Notes under the pieces: model-generated
Seen by the model: only the letters and a program-made list of their open reading frames with translations
Told to the model about the DNA's origin: nothing
Databases searched by the model: none
Part shown: in pieces, positions 56,116 through 64,000 of the stretch
How the letters are laid out: every line of letters starts with the position of its first letter
Numbering within the stretch: the first letter of the stretch is position 1
NCBI GenBank assembly: GCA_964609215.1
Contig: CAZSQZ010000005.1
Location: 47,655 to 111,654 of the forward strand
Source: an uncultured Flavobacteriales bacterium
GTDB taxonomy: Bacteria; Bacteroidota; Bacteroidia; Flavobacteriales_D; JABDKJ01
Length of the DNA stretch: 64,000 bases
Reading direction: 5' to 3'
Program-made: the position numbers and the translations under genes

Positions 56116-56684
56116 CCAAAAAAGAAATAAGAAAATTATTCCTTGAAAAAAGAAAGAGCCTTCATTCAGACACTTTTCAAAAACTAAATGAATCGCTCAT
56201 TAGAAACGCAACTGATGCACTTGACTATCAAGACAAGGTCATTCATTTATTTCTAACGATTGAGAAGCAAAGGGAACCCAAGACCTTTGAGTTAAAAAGA
56301 AAAATTGAATCAAAGAACAATGGTATTACTTGGGTACTGTCCAAAAGCAATTTTAAAGATTTGAGTCTTGAGCACTTTATTTGGAATACTGAAACTACGG
56401 TTGTAAAAAATCATATGGGTATTCCTGAACCTATTGATGGTAAGTCTATATCAGAGCAAAAATTAGACGTTGTTTTTGTGCCATTACTCGTAGCTGACAA
56501 GAAGGGTTTTCGTGTGGGGTATGGAAAAGGCTTTTATGATCGTTTTCTATCAAAGTGCAGAAAAGATTGCATTAAAATCGGTTTATCTATTTTCGAGCCA
56601 ATTAGCGCAATTGAAGATTTAAATGAATTCGATATTGCTTTAGATTATGTAGTCAGTCCAGAACAAATCTTAAAAATTGCTTAA
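56112..56684 (+). CDS. 5-formyltetrahydrofolate cyclo-ligase
   Basis: KKEIRKLFLEKRKSL N-terminus and VVFVPLLVADKKGFRVGYGKGFYDRFL motif. ATGA overlap with ybaB. Confidence 0.8.
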   Translation: MTKKEIRKLFLEKRKSLHSDTFQKLNESLIRNATDALDYQDKVIHLFLTIEKQREPKTFELKRKIESKNNGITWVLSKSNFKDLSLEHFIWNTETTVVKNHMGIPEPIDGKSISEQKLDVVFVPLLVADKKGFRVGYGKGFYDRFLSKCRKDCIKIGLSIFEPISAIEDLNEFDIALDYVVSPEQILKIA

Positions 56685-56761
56685 GTGCTATTTCGGTTCT
56701 CCTGTTAATCTTTGCTCTAATAAAACTGAATAAGAAGCATTAAGTTTTCTAATTTGCACTA

Positions 56762-57718
56762 GTGAATTCAGAAGAGTATATCGAGGGAATTTTAGGAGCT
56801 AATCGAATGCTTTTGGGCAAAGCCATTACGCTTGTTGAAAGCACTTTGGAAAGTGATCAAATTTTGGCAGAAGAAATTCTGGCTCAATGCATTCCCTATA
56901 GCGGTAAAAGTGAACGAATTGCAGTTTCTGGTTCTCCGGGAGTAGGAAAAAGTACGTTTATAGAGCATTACGGACTTAGATTGATTAAAGAAGGTCATAA
57001 AGTTGCGGTGCTTGCAATAGATCCTAGCTCTCAAAACACCGGGGGAAGCATCTTAGGAGATAAAACCAGAATGGAAGAATTATCTGGAAACGAAAATGCT
57101 TTTATCCGTCCTTCACCAGCATCCGATGCCTTGGGTGGCGTTGGTCACAAGACCAGAGAAAGCATTTTACTATGTGAAGCTGCAGGATTTAACAAAATAA
57201 TCATTGAAACAGTAGGTGTTGGTCAATCTGAAATTGCTGCGTCAAGAATGTCCGATCTTTATTTGGTTTTGGTTTTAGCAGGAGCGGGAGATGAATTACA
57301 AGGAATTAAAAGAGGTATTATAGAATTAGCTGACATGTTAGTCGTTAATAAAGCGGATGGAGATAATATTAATAATGCAAAAAAGGCTAGACGATCATAC
57401 TTAAATGCATTGCATTTGTTTCCTCCAAAATCATCTGGGCAAAAAGTAGAAGTTTTTACCGTTTCATCCATAGACGGAAATGGGATGGAAGAACTGCATA
57501 AAGGAATTGATCATTATTTTGAAACTGCAAAGAGTAATTCCTTTTTCATTGAAAAAAGACAGAAGCAAAAATTAATGTGGTTTGAAGATGCTATGAAAAT
57601 GGAAATTCAGAGAAAGTATCTTCAAAAAGGAGGTATTTATTCGGAAACCATGAAAAAAGTAGTTTCTGGAGAGTTGCATCCAAGATTAGCAGCAAAAAAC
57701 CTTATTGAAAAACTCTAA
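56762..57718 (+). CDS. meaB: Methylmalonyl-CoA mutase-associated GTPase MeaB/ArgK
   Basis: ITLVES, P-loop GSPGVGKST, IETVGVGQSE, and NKADG. Apparent GTG start. Confidence 0.85.
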   Translation: MNSEEYIEGILGANRMLLGKAITLVESTLESDQILAEEILAQCIPYSGKSERIAVSGSPGVGKSTFIEHYGLRLIKEGHKVAVLAIDPSSQNTGGSILGDKTRMEELSGNENAFIRPSPASDALGGVGHKTRESILLCEAAGFNKIIIETVGVGQSEIAASRMSDLYLVLVLAGAGDELQGIKRGIIELADMLVVNKADGDNINNAKKARRSYLNALHLFPPKSSGQKVEVFTVSSIDGNGMEELHKGIDHYFETAKSNSFFIEKRQKQKLMWFEDAMKMEIQRKYLQKGGIYSETMKKVVSGELHPRLAAKNLIEKL

Positions 57719-58239
57719 GAATTTTTCTCTCTTAGCTCCTCCTTCAAATAGTGAATTGCCACATCATGAGGAAGCTTCTCAACCTTAGTAGACATTTCCA
57801 AAAGTAATTTCCCTAAATCTTTTGCTGTTCCATTAGGCCCAACTTTATTGGATGCGAGGTTTACTAAATTAATGGTTTCCTGACGGGCTTGCTTAATGGT
57901 TTTCCAAATTTCATCTGAAACGTAAATTTGTTGAGATAAATTGTGCTCATATTCTTCTCTAATCCCTCTAACCATATCTGACTGAAGAGCTTTTAAACTC
58001 ATACCGTTTTTATGCGTTCTAAGTACCATATTGGTTGGATTGATTCGCTCTAAATAAAGAACCAATCTCTCATAAGCCTGATAGTTAATATGGCTTGGCT
58101 TTTCTTTTAATGGCTTAACGTTTTTATCTAAGCCCTGTATTACCTGAAATTGATCTAATAACTTCCTAAACATAAAATAGGCTACAAAAAGCACAATTAT
58201 AGAAGGCATAAGATAGGCAAGTATTTCCACTAATTCCAT
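57715..58239 (-). CDS. Membrane-anchored hypothetical protein (single N-terminal TM helix)
   Basis: Coding-like ORF. Its 3' end overlaps the convergent meaB by 4 nt. No recognised motif. Confidence 0.5.
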   Translation of the reverse strand: MELVEILAYLMPSIIVLFVAYFMFRKLLDQFQVIQGLDKNVKPLKEKPSHINYQAYERLVLYLERINPTNMVLRTHKNGMSLKALQSDMVRGIREEYEHNLSQQIYVSDEIWKTIKQARQETINLVNLASNKVGPNGTAKDLGKLLLEMSTKVEKLPHDVAIHYLKEELREKNS

Positions 58240-58413
58240 TGCAAACGTTTTAATACGTACACTAATTAACGTAAAAAATGCGTATTGGATACTTTTAATA
58301 ATTAGAATTTCAAGCTATTTATTATTCAAATAGTCTAATCCAATAAATTTTTGACTTCTTAGAATGAAAAAACCTCAGTTTCTTTAAAATGGATGAGAAA
58401 CTCTTTCATTATC

Positions 58414-58443
58414 AAGGCTTTAATTTTCCATTTTGAAAGCCTT
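58414..58443 (+). promoter_or_regulatory. 8-bp perfect hairpin (aaggcttt-N14-aaagcctt) in the 5' leader of the aminotransferase gene
   Basis: Direct reading. It is followed by a T-rich tract and overlaps the end of a 15-codon Phe-rich mini-ORF (58389..58436). The function is unproven. Confidence 0.3.
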
Positions 58444-58466
58444 ACATTTGTCTTTTAAAATCTAGT

Positions 58467-59660
58467 ATGGAAAAAGCATCTGCATTTTTAAATCGTTTAT
58501 CCGAATCTGCAACTCTAGCAATGTCTAGAAAGAGCAGAGAATTAAAGGAAAAAGGAATAGATGTAATAAGCTTAAGCCTTGGAGAGCCTGATTTTAATAC
58601 ACCTGACTTTATAAAAGATGCTGCCAGAGCTGCCCTAGATAATAACATAACCAAATATCCTCCAGTTAATGGTTTTAAAGAGCTTCGAGAAGCAATTTGC
58701 AAAAAATTTAAAAGGGATAATGGCATCAATTATAATCCAGATCAAATTGTGGTTTCTACGGGTGCTAAGCAATCCATTGCAAACCTGATATTGGCAATCA
58801 TTGGCAAAGAAGATGAAGTGATTATCCCCGCACCTTTTTGGGTCACCTATATTGAACAGGTAAAAATGGTTGAAGGCACTCCCGTTGTCATTCCTACCTC
58901 CATTGAAAATGATTTCAAAGTTACTGCAGAGGAATTGGAAGAGAAAATCAATAGCAACACCAAATTGATTATGTTTTCTTCTCCCTGTAATCCATCTGGA
59001 TCGGTTTATTCCAAGGATGAATTAGAGAGTATTTCCAAGGTCATGGAAAGACATCCGCATGTCTATGTGATGTGCGATGAAATCTATGAGCATATTAATT
59101 TTGTTGGAAAACATGAAAGTTTAGCTGCTTTTAATGCAATTGCAGACCGCGTAATTACTGTAAATGGAGTCTCTAAAGGATTTGCAATGACCGGTTGGAG
59201 ATTAGGTTATATAGGAGCACCAGAATGGATTGCAAAGGCCTGCGCCAAAATACAAGGACAAGTAACTTCCGGAGCAAATTCCATAACTCAAATGGCTACC
59301 ATAGCTGCTGTTAATGCTGATCCTTCTGTAACACATTATATGAGAGATGCATTCAAAAAAAGAAGAGAATTGGTTTCTTCCCTACTTTCTGAAATTCCTG
59401 GAGTTAAAATCAACGAACCCGAAGGTGCATTTTATCATTTCCCAGATGTGTCCGCATACTTTGGCAAGTCAGATGGCAATAAAACCATTGAAAATTCTTT
59501 TGATCTGGCAGAATACATTTTAGAAGAAGGTCACGTTGCAATGGTCGCTGGTGCAGCATTTGGTTCTCCCAGTAATATAAGAATCTCTTATGCTGCCTCT
59601 GAAGATGAATTGAGAGAAGCAATGAATAGACTAAAAAATACATTGGCAAAACTGTCTTAA
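58467..59660 (+). CDS. PLP-dependent aminotransferase, class I (aspartate/aromatic aminotransferase)
   Basis: LSLGEPDF, NPSGSVY, and SKGFAMTGWRLGY (PLP lysine), at about 397 aa. Confidence 0.9.
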   Translation: MEKASAFLNRLSESATLAMSRKSRELKEKGIDVISLSLGEPDFNTPDFIKDAARAALDNNITKYPPVNGFKELREAICKKFKRDNGINYNPDQIVVSTGAKQSIANLILAIIGKEDEVIIPAPFWVTYIEQVKMVEGTPVVIPTSIENDFKVTAEELEEKINSNTKLIMFSSPCNPSGSVYSKDELESISKVMERHPHVYVMCDEIYEHINFVGKHESLAAFNAIADRVITVNGVSKGFAMTGWRLGYIGAPEWIAKACAKIQGQVTSGANSITQMATIAAVNADPSVTHYMRDAFKKRRELVSSLLSEIPGVKINEPEGAFYHFPDVSAYFGKSDGNKTIENSFDLAEYILEEGHVAMVAGAAFGSPSNIRISYAASEDELREAMNRLKNTLAKLS

Positions 59661-60661
59661 TGGATATCAATTTAAAAGCATACTTTGAAAAATTTTCATC
59701 CGTAAAGCCTCTAGTTATAGGAGATGTAATGCTTGATTCCTATATGTGGGGAGAAATAAACCGTATATCACCTGAAGCTCCGGTACCTATTGTTGAAGTT
59801 AAAAAACGAGAAGATCGCTTGGGTGGAGCAGCCAATGTCTTAAGAAATTTCATCTCTTTGGGGTGCACTCCGTTGCTCTGCTCAGTTATTGGTAAAGATA
59901 AAGCAGGTGATGTATTCAGAGAAAGATTAAATCATCACAAGCTTAAACAAGATTATCTTCTGGTTTCTGAAGAAAGACCTACAACACAAAAAACACGAGT
60001 TATATCGGAGCAGCAGCAAGTTCTGCGTGTAGATGAAGAAATCACGAATGATTTATCTGACGATGAAGAACTGAGTCTTTTATCTAAAATACAATCTGCG
60101 CTAAACAATGAAGATATTAGTGTGGTTATTTTAGAAGACTACAATAAAGGAGTGCTAACAGAAAAAGTAATTCATCAAGTAATTGATTGGTGTAAAGAAA
60201 AATCAATCCCCGTGACGGTAGATCCTAAGAAAAAGAATTTCTGGGCATACAAAGAAGTTAGCCTCTTTAAACCCAATCTACGGGAAATTGAGGATGGTTT
60301 AAAAGAAGAAATTGACCCAAGCAGCAAGCATTCTCTTGATGAAGCATGCGCTAAGCTACAAAAAAGGCTAAATGCTGAAATGGCCTTAATTACTTTATCA
60401 GAACATGGCGTTTACGTAAATCATCAAGGAAATTCGGAAGTCATTCCTGCTGAAAAAAGAGAAATAGCAGATGTTTCAGGAGCAGGTGATACGGTTATTG
60501 CCGTTGCATCTATATGTTTAGCATTGGGAATGGATGCAGAGCACATTGCGAAACTATCCAATCTCGCTGGCGGATTAGTCTGTGAGAAAGTGGGTGTAGT
60601 TCCAATTACATCAGATACTTTATTGAAAGAAGCAAAATCGTTAAATATTGGGAGAGACTAA
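59660..60661 (+). CDS. PfkB-family sugar kinase, D-glycero-beta-D-manno-heptose-7-phosphate kinase (RfaE domain I-like)
   Basis: VIGDVMLDSYMWGEINRISPEAPVPIV, GGAANV, and DVSGAGDTV. Confidence 0.8.
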   Translation: MDINLKAYFEKFSSVKPLVIGDVMLDSYMWGEINRISPEAPVPIVEVKKREDRLGGAANVLRNFISLGCTPLLCSVIGKDKAGDVFRERLNHHKLKQDYLLVSEERPTTQKTRVISEQQQVLRVDEEITNDLSDDEELSLLSKIQSALNNEDISVVILEDYNKGVLTEKVIHQVIDWCKEKSIPVTVDPKKKNFWAYKEVSLFKPNLREIEDGLKEEIDPSSKHSLDEACAKLQKRLNAEMALITLSEHGVYVNHQGNSEVIPAEKREIADVSGAGDTVIAVASICLALGMDAEHIAKLSNLAGGLVCEKVGVVPITSDTLLKEAKSLNIGRD

Positions 60662-61391
60662 ATTGGCTGAGCAAGTAAAACCTTACAAGCATAGCGAAGA
60701 CAATAAAAAGAAGCAGGTTGCTGATATGTTCAACAACATTGCCAAGAAGTATGACTTTTTAAATCATTTGCTTTCTCTGGGAATAGACAAAGGTTGGAGA
60801 AAAAGAGCCATAAAAATGGTTGCTCCACATCGCCCCAAACAGATTCTAGATCTGGCAACGGGAACAGGAGATTTTGCCTTTGTTGCTATGCGTTTGAAAC
60901 CCGATCATATAGAAGCTGCAGACATTTCAGAGGGAATGTTAGATGTAGGCCGTCAAAAAAATATGAAAAAAGGATTTTCTGATGTTATTGATTTCGTTTA
61001 TGGAGATAGTGAAAATCTGAAATACCCAGACAATCACTTTGATTTGGTTACCATAGCATTTGGAGTTAGAAATTTCGAGAATCTAAAAGCTGGTCTTTCT
61101 GAGATGCGAAGGGTTATAAAACCAGATGGCCATGTTTGTATTATTGAATTTTCAAAACCCAGAGGATTTCCAATGAAGCAATTGTTTGGTTTTTACAGTA
61201 AATACATCCTTCCATTAATTGGAAGGTTATTTTCTAAAGACAAATCAGCTTACACCTATTTACCAGAGTCTTCAGCAGCTTTTCCTGATGGCGAAGAATT
61301 TATCGCAATAATGGATGAGATTGGTTATAGTAAAACTCACGAAAAAAGACTAACTGGAGGTATCGCAACTATTTATCTATCAGAGAAATAA
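60648..61391 (+). CDS. ubiE: Demethylmenaquinone/ubiquinone C-methyltransferase
   Basis: KKQVADMFNNIAKKYDFLNHLLSLGIDKGWRK, DLATGTGD, FGVRNF and GGIATIY are hallmark UbiE/MenG motifs. The start (TTG 60648 or 60663) is uncertain. Confidence 0.9.
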   Translation: MGETKLAEQVKPYKHSEDNKKKQVADMFNNIAKKYDFLNHLLSLGIDKGWRKRAIKMVAPHRPKQILDLATGTGDFAFVAMRLKPDHIEAADISEGMLDVGRQKNMKKGFSDVIDFVYGDSENLKYPDNHFDLVTIAFGVRNFENLKAGLSEMRRVIKPDGHVCIIEFSKPRGFPMKQLFGFYSKYILPLIGRLFSKDKSAYTYLPESSAAFPDGEEFIAIMDEIGYSKTHEKRLTGGIATIYLSEK

Positions 61392-61481
61392 AAACCCTTT
61401 TAGCTCCTTTCCGTTTAATAATAAGTTTATGAAACACTTTTTAAAGAATAAAAGCGTTTTCTATTTTTGCTAAGCTTAGAA

Positions 61482-62210
61482 TTGAAAAAATACACTATCA
61501 TATTCATTTTACTCTTTTGTGCCAGTTCTATGTTCGCACAAAAAAGAAGTAAAGTAAAGTCTGCCAACCTCGGAAACTTTGATAGAAGATGGTACCATTT
61601 CGGTATGGCTCTAGGTTATAATACCTCTGATTTTTTTATTGAACGAAACGTAGATTTCACCTTTTCTGATTCTCTGGTTACATTGAACAATGTCAGTCAG
61701 CCGGGCTTTAACATAAACATTGTTACTGCCTTGCATTTAACAAGAGGTTTATCTCTTCGTTTTCTTCCGGGAATATCTCCTAAGGATAGAACTTTAGAAT
61801 ATACTTTTTTAAACCCCTTAGGCAGTCAACCTGAGGTTTCAACATTCACAAAGAGAGTTGAATCTTTTTATGTGGAATTTCCCCTGTTTTTAAAGTATAG
61901 AACTGATAGGATAAACAATTTTGCAGCGTATGTAATTGCCGGTGGCAAATTTGCTTTGGATTTACAATCGCAAAAACAGGTTAACAATAGTTTAGACCAG
62001 GATATTGTTATCAAAACCGAAGACAGAGAATGGGCTGCTGCCTATGGTGGAGGTTTTGATTTCTTTCTCCCCTACTTTAAGTTCGGAATAGAGCTGAGAC
62101 ATGAGGTTGGAATTAATAATATCTTAATTGATGATGGAACGCGTTTTGACGCTCCTTTACGATCTCTTCGTTCACGAAATTTCGTTCTAAGTCTTACCTT
62201 TGAAGGATAA
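61482..62210 (+). CDS. porT: PorT-family / OMP_b-brl_2 outer-membrane beta-barrel protein
   Basis: In-frame TTG 61482 gives LKKYTIIFILLFCASSMFAQ. Beta-barrel strand pattern. Its position directly downstream of ubiE is a gene order I recall as common in Flavobacteriia (from memory, not checked). Confidence 0.5.
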   Translation: MKKYTIIFILLFCASSMFAQKRSKVKSANLGNFDRRWYHFGMALGYNTSDFFIERNVDFTFSDSLVTLNNVSQPGFNINIVTALHLTRGLSLRFLPGISPKDRTLEYTFLNPLGSQPEVSTFTKRVESFYVEFPLFLKYRTDRINNFAAYVIAGGKFALDLQSQKQVNNSLDQDIVIKTEDREWAAAYGGGFDFFLPYFKFGIELRHEVGINNILIDDGTRFDAPLRSLRSRNFVLSLTFEG

Positions 62211-62219
62211 GCACAATCA

Positions 62220-63761
62220 TTGCCTAAAGAAATAAGTATAAGGCTACGGCCAGAATTTGCTTTTGAAGAAAAAGCCATTCGAAATGAAATTACCCGTCTA
62301 AGTGGTATTTCAGGTGCTTTTCAATATAGAATCTTAAAACAGTCCCTAGACGCGAGAAAGCAAATTGCCTATCAATTTAAGATTCAGGTTTATCCAGAAG
62401 GAGAATCCATTCCCCAAAAAGATCTGGCTTTTAAAGCAAAAAACGTAAGCAATCAAAAAGAAGTTGCAATAATTGGTGCTGGGCCGGCTGGACTTTTTGC
62501 TGCGCTTGAATGCATTGAAAAAGGCTTAAAGCCCATCATTTTTGAAAGAGGAAAAGATGTGCGGTCAAGAAGACGAGATCTCGCCAAGTTAAATAAAGAA
62601 CATATTGTCAATCCCGAAAGCAATTATTGTTTTGGGGAAGGAGGAGCTGGAACCTATTCAGATGGTAAACTTTATACCCGAAGTAAGAAAAGAGGTTCGG
62701 TAAGAAAAGTATTGGAAACATTGGTTCAATTTGGTGCAGAAGAAAACATTCTTTATGAAGCACACCCCCATATTGGAACCAACAAGTTACCACAGATCAT
62801 CACTAGGATTCGCGAAACAATAGAAGAATGCGGTGGAGAAGTAAGATTTGAAAACAAACTTACCAATCTTCATTTTGATGATAATGGTTTGAAGTCTATT
62901 GAAATTAATGGCAACGAAAAATTAGCATTTGATCATCTCATATTAGGAACAGGACATTCGGCAAGAGACATCTTTTACTTGCTGCACAGAAAGAAAATTG
63001 AAATTCAATTTCAAAGTTTTGGTTTAGGTGTGCGTATAGAACATCCTCAAAATACGATTGATCAGATTCAATACAATAAGAGAGAGAGAGGCGATTACCT
63101 ACCTCCGGCTTCTTATTCTTTAGTAGAACAAGTCGATGGAATTGGTGTGCATTCTTTTTGTATGTGTCCTGGAGGAATCATTGCTCCTTGCGCAACTGCT
63201 CCCGGAGAAATTGTCACAAACGGTTGGAGCCCAAGTAAAAGAAATAATCCATATGCCAATTCTGGTATGGTAGTTAGAGTGGATGAACAAAATATACCCC
63301 AATTTAATACCGCCTTAAGTGGGCTTGAGTTTCAATCGCGAATAGAACAGAAAGCATGGCAAGTAGCTGGAGAAACGCAGGCAGCACCTGCACAAAGATT
63401 GACTGATTTTATTAAGGGAAGGGGCTCTCAAAATTTACCCAATTGCTCCTATCAACCGGGGATTGTTCCAAGTAACTTGTCCGAAATTCTTCCAGATTTC
63501 ATTCATAGTCGATTGCAAGAGGCATTTAAAATTTGGGGAAAGAAAATGAATGCATTCCTAACAGAAGAAGCTGTTGTTGTGGGTGTTGAATCTCGCTCCT
63601 CCTCTCCCGTTCGAATTCCTAGAGATAAAGAAAAGTTGGAGCATACACAGATCAAAGGATTATACCCATGCGGAGAAGGAGCGGGCTATGCAGGTGGCAT
63701 AGTGAGCGCTGCCATAGACGGAATGCGTTGTGCAGAACAGATTGCTTTAAAGTATATTTGA
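62220..63761 (+). CDS. FAD-dependent oxidoreductase (COG2509-type NAD(FAD)-utilising dehydrogenase)
   Basis: Dinucleotide-binding VAIIGAGPAGLFAA and C-terminal GLYPCGEGAGYAGGIVSAAIDG. Confidence 0.8.
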   Translation: MPKEISIRLRPEFAFEEKAIRNEITRLSGISGAFQYRILKQSLDARKQIAYQFKIQVYPEGESIPQKDLAFKAKNVSNQKEVAIIGAGPAGLFAALECIEKGLKPIIFERGKDVRSRRRDLAKLNKEHIVNPESNYCFGEGGAGTYSDGKLYTRSKKRGSVRKVLETLVQFGAEENILYEAHPHIGTNKLPQIITRIRETIEECGGEVRFENKLTNLHFDDNGLKSIEINGNEKLAFDHLILGTGHSARDIFYLLHRKKIEIQFQSFGLGVRIEHPQNTIDQIQYNKRERGDYLPPASYSLVEQVDGIGVHSFCMCPGGIIAPCATAPGEIVTNGWSPSKRNNPYANSGMVVRVDEQNIPQFNTALSGLEFQSRIEQKAWQVAGETQAAPAQRLTDFIKGRGSQNLPNCSYQPGIVPSNLSEILPDFIHSRLQEAFKIWGKKMNAFLTEEAVVVGVESRSSSPVRIPRDKEKLEHTQIKGLYPCGEGAGYAGGIVSAAIDGMRCAEQIALKYI

Positions 63762-63765
63762 AATA

Positions 63766-64000
63766 ATGAACTTCATAAGAACCGATAATCAGCACCCAAA
63801 ATTTGCAGGACTCGTTGACCTGTTAGATGAAGTTTTGAGAACAGCAGATGGTGACTTGCACGGTTTTTATCATCAGTACAATGGCATTGAAAGTTTAAAA
63901 CATGTGGTCCTTTGTTTTGATGCTGATGAGGCAATTGCTTGTGGAGCATTTAAAGAATTAGAAAACGGTCAAGTAGAAGTAAAAAGGATGTATACCCGTG
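63766..64000 (+). CDS. GNAT-family acetyltransferase, N-terminal part (3' end outside the window)
   Basis: MNFIRTDNQHPKFAGLVDLLDEVLRTADGD...ACGAFKELENGQVEVKRMYT matches the pattern of small GNAT proteins. The ORF is open to the window edge. Confidence 0.6.
   Translation, partial: MNFIRTDNQHPKFAGLVDLLDEVLRTADGDLHGFYHQYNGIESLKHVVLCFDADEAIACGAFKELENGQVEVKRMYTR

Overview
This is a 64-kb chromosomal window from a low-GC Bacteroidota genome. It looks Flavobacteriales-like, judging from many T9SS type-A (Por_Secre_tail) and type-B (gliding-motility CHU_C) C-terminal sorting domains, a ubiE-porT-like gene pair, TAnnTTTG-like -7 boxes and TonB-dependent receptor architecture. I support about 55 protein-coding genes, 4 gene remnants or pseudogenes, 2 clear rho-independent terminators and several tandem or inverted repeats. 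I saw no rRNA, tRNA, CRISPR array, integrase or transposase. Layout by region: 0-18 kb holds envelope and secreted proteins. 18.1-27.0 kb holds two ~2.26-kb direct repeats, each carrying an FG-GAP/Cys-rich T9SS cargo gene. These repeats bracket an ArsR-TauE-MBL/rhodanese-YeeE-YeeE sulfur-handling cassette, and the repeat junction truncates two genes at the same point. 27-42 kb is very rich in T9SS cargo and is interrupted at 35.7-37.4 kb by an AT-rich islet with a small acidic ORF translationally coupled to an HNH (HNH_2-type) nuclease gene that carries one in-frame TAA. 43.9-53.8 kb is a surface-polysaccharide (O-antigen/EPS-type) locus. 53.9-64 kb is housekeeping. The most unusual structures are the duplication/cassette junction, the permuted Cys-rich modules in the paralogs, and the HNH islet. 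None of them is a proven new system, and every family assignment is motif recognition by eye with no database search. Many ORF-track starts are TTG or GTG, or are upstream over-extensions. I moved starts where a signal peptide plus an ATG made that clearly better.
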